Assembly: GCA_965662845.1 (NCBI GenBank)
Contig: CBFIJD010000035.1
Location: 14,726-30,175 of the forward strand
Source: an uncultured bacterium
GTDB lineage: Bacteria; SAR324; NAC60-12
DNA length: 15,450 nucleotides
Reading direction: 5' to 3'
A program made the position numbers and the translations under genes. The notes below the pieces were generated by a model. It saw nothing but the letters and a program-made list of their open reading frames with translations. It had not been told where the DNA came from and did not search any database. Every line of letters begins with the position of its first letter. Within the stretch, counting starts at the first letter, position 1. Shown here in pieces: positions 1 through 6,883 of this stretch.

Positions 1-1
1 G

Positions 2-421
2 TTCACCACCGCGAAGATCGCCGAACACCTCGCCGTTGGAACCCATGGCACGACCTACGGCGGGAACCCACTCGCCTGTGCCGTCGGAGAAGCTGTGTTC
101 GACGTCGTGAATGCTCCCGCGACCCTGCAGGGAGTTCGAGAACGAGCCTCATACATGCGCTCTCGCTTAGAAGCGGTCAGCAACCAATCTGGGATCTTCG
201 CCGGTGTGCGTGGACTAGGACTGCTGCAGGGCTGCGTCATGAGCGAAGAGTGGCGAGGGCGGGCAGCTGAGGTCATGCGCGCGGCTCACGAGGAGGGGCT
301 GATGATCTTGGTTGCAGGGCCCGATGTCGTCCGATTTGCGCCGAGCCTCGTGATTGACTTTGACGACCTCAGCGAAGGGCTGGACCGCTTTGAGCGCGTC
401 GTCGCGAACTTGATCGGCTGA
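2..421 (+). CDS. argD: Acetyl/succinylornithine aminotransferase (class III PLP), 3' part, truncated by window start
   Basis: Frame from base 2 reads FTTAKIAEHLAVGTHGTTYGGNPLACAV...VRGLGLLQG...AGPDVVRFAPSL, typical C-terminal motifs of ArgD/AstC. argD and astC cannot be distinguished from this fragment. Confidence 0.88.
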   Translation, partial: FTTAKIAEHLAVGTHGTTYGGNPLACAVGEAVFDVVNAPATLQGVRERASYMRSRLEAVSNQSGIFAGVRGLGLLQGCVMSEEWRGRAAEVMRAAHEEGLMILVAGPDVVRFAPSLVIDFDDLSEGLDRFERVVANLIG

Positions 422-499
422 ACGCTTTTTTGTCCGTCATAAAGCTTGCCCAGCGCCTAAATTTCTGAGACGCTGTGGGCCTGACCATCTACTGCATTG

Positions 500-588
500 C
501 TTCGTTAGGGGTGGGGAGCGCTTCTGAGTTCCCCTGAGAAATACCCTTGGAACCTGATCCGGCTCGTACCGGCGTAGGGAAACGAAAG
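500..588 (+). promoter_or_regulatory. TPP riboswitch (THI box)
   Basis: P1 CTTCGTT (500-506)/AACGAAAG (581-588), AGGGGTG...CTGAGA, ATACCCT, GAACCTGATCCGG-CTCGTA-CCGGCGTAGGGA match the conserved TPP aptamer. It lies 90 nt upstream of thiM. Confidence 0.96.
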
Positions 589-649
589 TCTTCACCCCCT
601 CACTTTCTCTCCCAGCATTTCCCCCTCTCGTAGCGACTGTCAGTTGATT

Positions 650-674
650 TTTCCGCCACTCTCTTCTGCGGAGA
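650..674 (+). promoter_or_regulatory. Putative Shine-Dalgarno sequestering hairpin (riboswitch expression platform)
   Basis: TTTCCGC (650-656) can pair with GCGGAGA (668-674), which contains the GGAG RBS 5 nt before the thiM ATG. No U-tailed terminator hairpin is evident. Confidence 0.6.
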
Positions 675-678
675 CAAC

Positions 679-1491
679 ATGCACAACGCATCGCTGCTCG
701 ACTCGCTCGCCGAGTCTCTCTCTCAAGTCCGACGACAGTCTCCTTTAGTGCACAACATCACAAACTACGTGGTGATGAACAATACGGCGAACGCGCTGCT
801 CGCGGTGGGCGCCTCTCCCGTGATGGCTCATGCGCTGCCGGAAGTCCCCGAAATGACGCGCCTCTCCGGAGCGTTGGTGCTCAATATTGGGACGCTTAAT
901 GACGAGTGGATCGCGGCGATGAGCGCGGCGTTAGAGACGGCAAAGGCCGCCACAAAGCCTGTCGTCCTTGACCCTGTCGGCGCGGGCGCGACCAGCTACC
1001 GCACTGAGCAGGTGCAGCGCCTACTCGCCATCCACCCACCGACGCTCTTGCGTGGCAATGCCTCTGAGGTGATGGCATTGGTCGATGCCCATCGGTTGAC
1101 CAAAGGCGTCGATAGTCAAGACGCTTCGGAGGCCGCCCTCGCAGCCGCGCAAGCTCTGCACGCCCAATACGGCTGTGTGGTGTGCATCAGCGGCAATCCA
1201 GACCTGATCGTTGGCGGCGAGAACTTGCTCAAGGTTTTCAACGGACACCCGCTCATGACCAGAGTCACCGGGCTGGGCTGCACCGCTTCCGCGCTCTGTG
1301 GGGCCTTCCTCGCTGTGACCGCAGAGCCGACCATCGCGGTAGCCGCAGCCATGGCAGCGCTCGGCCTCGCGGGCGAACGCGCAGAGGCACAAGCGCAAGG
1401 GCCGGGCTCTCTGCAGCTGCACCTGTTGGATCAGCTGTACCAGCTCACGCCTGACGATGTGCGCACCCACGGCCGCGTTGTGGCGATATGA
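679..1491 (+). CDS. thiM: Hydroxyethylthiazole kinase
   Basis: PLVHNITNYVVMNNTANALLAVGASPVMAH, LNIGTL, VLDPVGAGAT, RGNASE, VTGLGC motifs; downstream of TPP riboswitch. Confidence 0.97.
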   Translation: MHNASLLDSLAESLSQVRRQSPLVHNITNYVVMNNTANALLAVGASPVMAHALPEVPEMTRLSGALVLNIGTLNDEWIAAMSAALETAKAATKPVVLDPVGAGATSYRTEQVQRLLAIHPPTLLRGNASEVMALVDAHRLTKGVDSQDASEAALAAAQALHAQYGCVVCISGNPDLIVGGENLLKVFNGHPLMTRVTGLGCTASALCGAFLAVTAEPTIAVAAAMAALGLAGERAEAQAQGPGSLQLHLLDQLYQLTPDDVRTHGRVVAI

Positions 1492-2111
1492 AGGGGCTCT
1501 ATCTCGTGACCGACCGTGCTCAGCTGGGGGCTGGTCTCCCGCTGATCGACGTGGTCGAGCAAGCGATCGCAGGCGGTGTTCGTTGCGTGCAGCTCCGTGA
1601 GAAGTCCGCCTCAACGCGTGAAATGTTGCAGCTTGGACAGGCGCTCTTGGAGCGGTTGCGACCACGAGGCATTCCACTGCTCATCAACGACCGCGTGGAT
1701 GTGGCGTTGGCGATTGGCGCAGACGGCGTCCACTTGGGGCAGACCGACATGCCGTACCTTGACGCCAGGCGTCTGTTAGGAGAGCAAGCGATCATCGGAG
1801 TGTCTGTCGAGACGCTGCCACACGTCACCGAAGCCAACGCTTGGGATGTTCAATATCTTGGCGTGAGCGGCATTTTCCCAACGCCCACAAAGCCCGAGCT
1901 GCAAGCACACTGGGGACTGGAGGGTCTCGCTCAGGTGCGAAAACAGACCCGCCATCCACTCGTCGCGATTGGCGGCATCCACGCACAGAACGCGGCGGCG
2001 GTGCGGGCACACGGCGCGGACGCCATTGCGCTGGTGTCGGCAATCTGCGCTGCCGCTGATCCCCAACAAGCGGCGCAACAACTACAACAAGCTTTTGCGG
2101 AGGGCGCATGA
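1488..2111 (+). CDS. thiE: Thiamine-phosphate synthase
   Basis: LYLVTD, VQLREK, INDRVDVALA, ADGVHLGQTD, PTPTK, VAIGGI; ATGA overlap with thiM. Confidence 0.97.
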   Translation: MKGLYLVTDRAQLGAGLPLIDVVEQAIAGGVRCVQLREKSASTREMLQLGQALLERLRPRGIPLLINDRVDVALAIGADGVHLGQTDMPYLDARRLLGEQAIIGVSVETLPHVTEANAWDVQYLGVSGIFPTPTKPELQAHWGLEGLAQVRKQTRHPLVAIGGIHAQNAAAVRAHGADAIALVSAICAAADPQQAAQQLQQAFAEGA

Positions 2112-2908
2112 AGCAATATCGACGAACCCTGACGATCGCTGGCTCAGACAGCGGGGGCGGCGCAGGGATTCAAGCGGATTTGAAGACGTTCTCAGCGCTG
2201 GGATGCTACGGCATGTCGGTGCTCACAGCGCTCACAGCGCAGAACACGACCGCCGTCACGGCTATTCATGCGGTGCCGCCTGAGTTCATCGCAGCGCAGC
2301 TGGACGCCGTGCTGAGCGACCTTGGCGTTGACGCCGTCAAAGTCGGCATGCTGCACAGCCCAGAGGTCATTCAGGTGGTCGCCGAGAAGCTACGCGAGTT
2401 CTCCGTCACCCAGCTAGTGGTCGATCCTGTGATGGTCGCCAAAAGTGGCGATCGCCTGTTGCAGGCAGAGGCGGTCGCTGCGCTACGCTCGGAGCTGTTG
2501 CCCTTAGCGCAGGTCGTCACTCCGAATTTGCCGGAAGCCGCCGTTTTGCTCGGAGTTGATGTGTTGCCCCCCATGCGCGCAACGGCGGCGCAGCTGCTCA
2601 GCGTCACGAGAGCGCAAGCCGTCTTGCTCAAAGGTGGCCACGACGCAGGAGACGTCAGCACGGATTGGCTCTTCCCAGCCGAGGGGGTTCCGCAGTCTTA
2701 CGCCGCCGCGCGCGTCGTGACGCAGAATGATCACGGCACAGGGTGCACGCTCTCGGCAGCCATCGCAGCAAGGCTGGCTCAAGGAGACACGCTCCCCGCA
2801 GCGGTCGCCCACGCGAAAGACTTTTTAACGAAAGCGCTGACCACAGGCGCACAGTATCAGCTAGGGCGCGGCCACGGGCCAGTCCATCATTTTCACGCAT
2901 TCTGGTAA
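2108..2908 (+). CDS. thiD: Hydroxymethylpyrimidine/phosphomethylpyrimidine kinase
   Basis: LTIAGSDSGGGAGIQADLKTF, TAQNT, VVDPVM, TPNLPEA, LKGGH, HGTGCTLS, GHGPVHH; ATGA overlap with thiE. Confidence 0.97.
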   Translation: MKQYRRTLTIAGSDSGGGAGIQADLKTFSALGCYGMSVLTALTAQNTTAVTAIHAVPPEFIAAQLDAVLSDLGVDAVKVGMLHSPEVIQVVAEKLREFSVTQLVVDPVMVAKSGDRLLQAEAVAALRSELLPLAQVVTPNLPEAAVLLGVDVLPPMRATAAQLLSVTRAQAVLLKGGHDAGDVSTDWLFPAEGVPQSYAAARVVTQNDHGTGCTLSAAIAARLAQGDTLPAAVAHAKDFLTKALTTGAQYQLGRGHGPVHHFHAFW

Positions 2909-2919
2909 GAGGAGGACAC

Positions 2920-3681
2920 ATGCAACTCAACGAACAGTTGGTGTTGGTCAGCGGCGGTGGCCGCGGCTTGGGAAGTGCGATCGTGCGAGCGTTTGCCAGA
3001 GAAGGCGCACAGGTGGCGATCAATTATCATCACAGCGAAGCTGCGGCCCACACGCTCGCTGCCGAGTTGGGTGAGGGCGTCGCCGCGTTCAGAGCTGACG
3101 TCAGTCAACGAGCAGAGGTGGAGCAATTGGTTGCCGCCATTTCCCAGCGTTTTGGCAAGGCGCCCGAAGTGATCGTCCACAACGCCCTCGCGGCGTACCA
3201 GTTCAACGGTGATGGACGAGACAGCGCCGAAGACATCACGTGGTCGGCGTTCGAGCGACAGCTGGCGGTTACACTGCAAGGTGGGATACATCTGATGCAG
3301 ACGGCATTCCCTGCGATGCGTGAGCGAGGCTATGGGCGAGTTGTGCATGTCGGCACGAACTTGTTCCAAAATCCCGTCGTGCCCTATCACGACTACACGG
3401 CTGCCAAAGCGGCGCTACTGTCGCTGACGCGCACGTTCTCCAAAGATTTTGGCCCGCACGGCATCACCGTGAATATGGTCTCGGGAGGCTTGCTGCGCAC
3501 CACGGACGCGAGCGCAGCGACGCCAGCAGCCGTGTTTGAGCTGATCGCTGGGCAGACGCCTCTGCGGAGCGTGACGACCCCCGCAGAGTTTGCCGACGCT
3601 GTGTTGTTCTTCGCTTCCCCGTGGAGCCGCGCGATTACCGGTCAAAACTTGGTAGTGGATGGAGGGCTCGTATGCGACTGA
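2920..3681 (+). CDS. Short-chain dehydrogenase/reductase, FabG-like PRK08642/OarX type associated with thiamine regulons
   Basis: Start re-called at ATG 2920 after AGGAGG RBS. SGGGRGLG Rossmann motif, YTAAK catalytic YxxxK, GTNLFQNPVVPYHDY and SGGLLRTTDAS signatures, TGQNLVVDGG end. Confidence 0.88.
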   Translation: MQLNEQLVLVSGGGRGLGSAIVRAFAREGAQVAINYHHSEAAAHTLAAELGEGVAAFRADVSQRAEVEQLVAAISQRFGKAPEVIVHNALAAYQFNGDGRDSAEDITWSAFERQLAVTLQGGIHLMQTAFPAMRERGYGRVVHVGTNLFQNPVVPYHDYTAAKAALLSLTRTFSKDFGPHGITVNMVSGGLLRTTDASAATPAAVFELIAGQTPLRSVTTPAEFADAVLFFASPWSRAITGQNLVVDGGLVCD

Positions 3682-4085
3682 GCGCAGTCTCTGCCGAACT
3701 GCAGGCAGTCATCCAACAGAGCCCGCTGAGAGTGCACCCAGAGCGCTACGCGGTTGCTCAAGTCGTGGAATGTCGCGATGCGGCACCGCACTTTCTGGTG
3801 TCGCACGAGACGGACGAGGTCACGGTGATCACCACAGAGGCTCAATTTCCCCAACTGCAGACCGTTCGGCAGGTGGAGAAGTGGTTCCGCTTGCTGGAGT
3901 TTCGCGTTGCAGTCCCCTTCCAATCGCCTGGGTTCCTCGCGGCGATCGCGCAGGCTCTTGCGGCGCAAGGGCTGAATATTCTGCTCTATTCAACTTTCTC
4001 GAAGGACTGGGCGTTGCTGCACGAAGCCGAGCTGGAGAGAGGAATCGCGGCGCTGAAAGCTCTGGGGTTTCCGATGTCAGCCTGA
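3672..4085 (+). CDS. ACT-domain protein (CASTOR/ACT_7-like)
   Basis: Start re-called at ATG 3672 (GGAGG at 3661), overlapping the SDR stop. DEVTVIT and GFLAAIAQALAAQGLNILLYSTFSKDWALL resemble the CASTOR-type ACT consensus. Confidence 0.75.
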   Translation: MRLSAVSAELQAVIQQSPLRVHPERYAVAQVVECRDAAPHFLVSHETDEVTVITTEAQFPQLQTVRQVEKWFRLLEFRVAVPFQSPGFLAAIAQALAAQGLNILLYSTFSKDWALLHEAELERGIAALKALGFPMSA

Positions 4086-4092
4086 GTTGGAC

Positions 4093-4142
4093 GTAGCGCA
4101 CACGGATTCCCAAGGGCGAGCACCCCAGAATCTCTGCGCTAC
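4093..4142. repeat. GTAG-bounded extragenic palindrome (REP-like hairpin)
   Basis: GTAGCGCA (4093-4100)/TGCGCTAC (4135-4142), with inner GATTC/GAATC and GGG/CCC arms, 7 nt after the last operon stop codon. Confidence 0.55.
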
Positions 4143-4154
4143 ACAGGGGGCGTC

Positions 4155-4198
4155 GAGGAATTAGGTGAAAAGCATTCCGTTTTCAGTTGAGAGGCTAT
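4155..4198 (+). mobile_element. IS right-end remnant, copy 1 (probably IS630 family)
   Basis: GAGGAATTAGGTGAAAAGCATTCCGTTTTCAGTTGAGAGGCTAT is 39/44 identical to 5981-6024. Confidence 0.55.
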
Positions 4199-4248
4199 CG
4201 TTCTGCTGTTGCTGCTCATCCTCCTGTCTTTGGAACAAAATTTTCCTT

Positions 4249-4539
4249 TTCTATCGTTTAGCGATTGAACATTTGGCGCAGCACTTGCCTGAGGCCTGCA
4301 CAAAAACGGAGGAAATCTTGTTGAAAGAGATCTGACAAGGAGAGTTTTCCAGCGTATTGCAGCGAGCGTCTTTAGAAGTGAAAGAGAGTTTGACGAAATT
4401 AAACGGGAGAGGAATCGGAAGAAATTTTTTCGCAGAAAAAGTGCTTCCTCTGGTTTCTTGACTGCTCGCTGAAGTTGTCGCTATTCTGAGAGATGGCATC
4501 AAACACAAAACATCGCTGTGCGTAAGTAATGAATTTTAA
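4249..4539 (+). pseudogene. Degenerate coding remnant of unknown family
   Basis: Frame reads FYRLAIEHLAQHLPEACTKTEEILLKEI*QGEFSSVLQRASLEVKESL...EKVLPLVS*LLAEVVAILRDG..., a protein-like helical composition with in-frame TGA at 4333 and 4459 and no start. Confidence 0.35.
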
Positions 4540-4568
4540 GGAAAATAGAACATTAAAATAGGAGAGTT

Positions 4569-5324
4569 ATGTCTATCTTAACCGATCCTAAAGAGGTCTT
4601 TTACCCGGAAAGTGATGGAAAGCCGATGGCCGAAACGGATTTGCATAGAGACTTACTGTTACTGATGGTCAGTCTGTTAAAGACTGCGTTTCCGGAGGCT
4701 TATGCTTCGGGCAATATCTGTTTGTATTACGAAGAAGGCAATCCCAAAAAAATGATCTCTCCAGATTCACTGCTGTGTTTATCGCAACGACCACACCAAA
4801 AACGAGTGTATAAAGCATGGGAAGAGAATCATCAGCTTGATCTGGTGATTGAGTTTAGCTCGTTTGGCACCAAGCGCGTAGATCATCATCAAAAGAAAAA
4901 GATTTACGCAGACATTCTGCAAGTCCCTTGGTATGTCATTTTTGATCCTCATGGGTTGTATTTAAACGTCTTTCGTTTGACTTCACAAGGATATGTGCAA
5001 CAGGAGGCTGAAGCAGAAGGATTGTTTAGGTTGGATAATTTGGGAATTTCGATTGGTGTCGATACCAAAAGTCAGCTTCGTCTCTTTGATCGAGGAGGAA
5101 AACTGATTCCAACTTCATCAGAAAAAGCGGAGCAAGAACGAGAAAAAGCGGAGCAAGAACGAGAAAAAGCGGAGCAAGAACGAGAAAAAGCGAAGAGCGC
5201 TTTGCAACAAGCGGAGCAAGAACGAGAAAAAGCCGAGCAAGAACATCTCCGAGCTGAAAACGCAGAGCAAAAGCTTGCACAATTAACCCAAAAACTACGA
5301 GAACTTGGGATCTCCGTTGAATAA
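4569..5324 (+). CDS. Uma2 (DUF820) family PD-(D/E)xK endonuclease-like protein with coiled-coil repeat tail
   Basis: YPESDGKPMAETDLH, SPD, DLVIEFSS, D..KKKIY, VPWYVIFDP, C-terminal (EKAEQER)n and LRELGI; AGGAG RBS. Confidence 0.9.
   Translation: MSILTDPKEVFYPESDGKPMAETDLHRDLLLLMVSLLKTAFPEAYASGNICLYYEEGNPKKMISPDSLLCLSQRPHQKRVYKAWEENHQLDLVIEFSSFGTKRVDHHQKKKIYADILQVPWYVIFDPHGLYLNVFRLTSQGYVQQEAEAEGLFRLDNLGISIGVDTKSQLRLFDRGGKLIPTSSEKAEQEREKAEQEREKAEQEREKAKSALQQAEQEREKAEQEHLRAENAEQKLAQLTQKLRELGISVE
5121..5246 (+). repeat. 21-bp in-frame tandem repeat GAAAAAGCGGAGCAAGAACGA (EKAEQER)
   Basis: Three perfect copies at 5121-5183, a partial copy to 5192, and further partial or variant copies at 5211-5246. 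Confidence 0.95.
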
Positions 5325-5399
5325 GAGTTGAGTAACTTGCAATCGGATTTCAAAGAATGCTTCTTGATCCACGAAGAATCTTTGTGCTGTCGGCTGTTT

Positions 5400-5495
5400 G
5401 TGAGCTGGAGGCCGACTTACAACAGATTGTTGAGAAGAGCGGAAGAGCAATGGTCGCCAATTGTGACTATCGTGCAATTTTAAGTTGAGGGACTA
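5400..5495 (+). mobile_element. Decayed IS630-like transposase 3' end plus right end, copy 2
   Basis: TTTTAAGTTGAGGGACTA (5478-5495) matches 6006-6023 at 17/18. The upstream DNA can be read as ELEADLQQIV...W(fs)ANCDY, resembling the IS630 C-terminal WFxHCGY pattern. The 5' boundary is approximate. Confidence 0.45.
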
Positions 5496-5548
5496 GATTA
5501 CACATAAGCAACGACTCCTGAGCAATTCATTGAAGAATATTTGGGCTT

Positions 5549-5954
5549 ATGAGCAGCTTCGCCTTCCTCCCGCCGACCTTCAAAGTCATCCAAGAGGCTG
5601 CCGCTCAAGCCGAAGCTCACCTGCAAGGCGATCCACGAGCCGCTTGCTTCTACTCACGGTTTGCGCTGGAGCGAGCTGTTCACTGGCTCTACCGGCATGA
5701 TCCGTCTTTGAGTCTGCAAAGTGGGAAATCAAGCCGTCCACCGCCAACGCTCAGTCCAACCTTATGACGCGCTTCGGGTCGTCAAAGAGCTGCATCATCT
5801 GTGTTATTGGCTGGTCAGAACCTATGCGCCGGACGCCTCACGCGAAGGCGCCGCGTGGAGAGATGAGCGAGTTCCAGCAGCTCTGAGTCAACAGGAGGTT
5901 GTTCCACGCAAAGACCTCGAAGCCTTGGAGAAGCAACTCGCCGAACAGAACGAT
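5549..5954 (+). pseudogene. hsdR: Type I restriction enzyme HsdR (EcoAI/EcoEI-type), N-terminal DUF4145-like fragment, frameshifted and truncated
   Basis: MSSFAFL...AEAHLQGDPRAACFYSRFALERAVHWLYRHD, then a frame change near 5710-5721 into GNQAVH...ELHHLCYWLVRTY...LEKQLAEQND. These are characteristic HsdR N-terminal motifs. Confidence 0.82.
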
Positions 5955-6024
5955 AAGTATACCTTGTCCAAAGAGAGGTTGAGGAATTGGGTGAAAAGCA
6001 TTCCGTTTTAAGCTGAGGGACTAT
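5955..6024 (+). mobile_element. IS right-end remnant, copy 3 (probably IS630 family), abutting attC
   Basis: Contains the 44-bp repeat at 5981-6024 and encodes LSKERLRNWVKSIPF*. It ends ...GGGACTA followed by TA, consistent with a TAGT-type terminus and TA target. Confidence 0.55.
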
Positions 6025-6111
6025 ATAACAAGTACCTCAAAATATTTGCAGCACAGCCGTGCGGCTCACTTTAGCGTCGATGGCGCTCTCCTTTTAGGTT
6101 AAACATTGGAT
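6023..6111 (+). mobile_element. Integron attC site (degenerate), upstream boundary of the R-M cassette
   Basis: R'' ATATAAC (6023-6029), 5-nt spacer, L'' CCTCAAAA (6035-6042) pairing with L' TTTTAGG (6092-6098) with an unpaired C at position 4, 6-nt spacer, then R' position ATTGGAT (6105-6111; GTTRRRY with G>A). Internal hairpins AGCCG/CGGCT and AGCGTC/GGCGCT. Confidence 0.62.
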
Positions 6112-6136
6112 TTAAAGGACAAAGAATAGAGACATA

Positions 6137-6883
6137 ATGCAGAAAAGACTCATAAGCCTGTTCTCTGGAGCAGGCGGCATGGACATAGGTTTTCATGCAG
6201 CAGGCTTCAGTACTGCAGTAGCAGTAGAACAAGACTCTTCTTGTTGTAATACTCTACGACTCAATATGCCAAACACACCGGTTATTGAAGGTGACATCAC
6301 ATCAATAACAACACAGACTATTTTGGACGCTGCGAAGTCTAAACCACTTGAAATCGACTTGGTAATTGGCGGCCCGCCTTGCCAAAGTTTCAGTTTAGCA
6401 GGAAAGCGAATGGGCATGAATGACCCCAGAGGGCTTTTGGTTCTTGAGTTCCTGCGTGTAATAAGAGAGGCACTGCCGAAATGCTTTGTTATGGAAAATG
6501 TCAAAGGCATGATCAACTGGTCTAATGGAAAAGCTCTTGAGGCTATAATGACAGAAGCTTCCCAACCCATCACATACGCTGAAAAAGAATACAAATATAA
6601 CGTTTCATACCATGTTCTGAATGCTGCTGACTTTGGCGTTCCACAATTCAGAGAGAGGGTGTTTGTGGTAGGCAATCGAATGGGCAAGAGTTTCCAATTT
6701 CCTAACCCCACTCATAGACCTGCCGCCCAAGCAGAACAAGCAGACCTTTTCGGAAGCCAACTCACACCTTACAAGACGGTTCAAGATGCAATTGGAGGCT
6801 TACCCTCAGCAACCCCCCCATCTGCAATGGCGCTTCGGGTTTCGCAGACTATACGAGACAGGATAAAAACTCATGGATATTAA
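6137..6883 (+). CDS. aquIMA: C5-cytosine DNA methyltransferase, alpha subunit (M.AquI-alpha-like; motifs I-VIII)
   Basis: SLFSGAGG (I), GGPPCQSFS (IV), ENV (VI), QFRER (VIII). The 248-aa protein lacks motifs IX-X and closely resembles M.AquI alpha as recalled. Confidence 0.9.
   Translation: MQKRLISLFSGAGGMDIGFHAAGFSTAVAVEQDSSCCNTLRLNMPNTPVIEGDITSITTQTILDAAKSKPLEIDLVIGGPPCQSFSLAGKRMGMNDPRGLLVLEFLRVIREALPKCFVMENVKGMINWSNGKALEAIMTEASQPITYAEKEYKYNVSYHVLNAADFGVPQFRERVFVVGNRMGKSFQFPNPTHRPAAQAEQADLFGSQLTPYKTVQDAIGGLPSATPPSAMALRVSQTIRDRIKTHGY

Noticed and set aside
2743..2919. N-terminal extensions in the ORF track (also 3621, 7198, 11355, 12809, 13890)
   Set aside because: They overlap upstream genes extensively. 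Downstream ATGs with an RBS or stop-start overlap match the family N-termini.
4249..4539. In-frame TGA codons as recoding (Sec, Trp or Gly)
   Set aside because: TGA is the normal stop for many intact genes here, and the frame has no start or evident SECIS. Decay is the simpler explanation.
5121..5246. 21-bp repeats as a CRISPR array
   Set aside because: The repeats are contiguous with no spacers, are in frame, and encode a coiled coil; there are no cas genes.
6098..6104. GTTAAAC as the R' box of the upstream attC
   Set aside because: It fits GTTRRRY but overlaps L' and leaves no spacer. The spacing seen in the downstream attC points to 6105-6111, although this alternative is not fully excluded.
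6873..6883. Methyltransferase break as a frameshift pseudogene or sequencing error
   Set aside because: The split point and subunit sizes match the known two-subunit M.AquI architecture, and the beta part has its own ATG.
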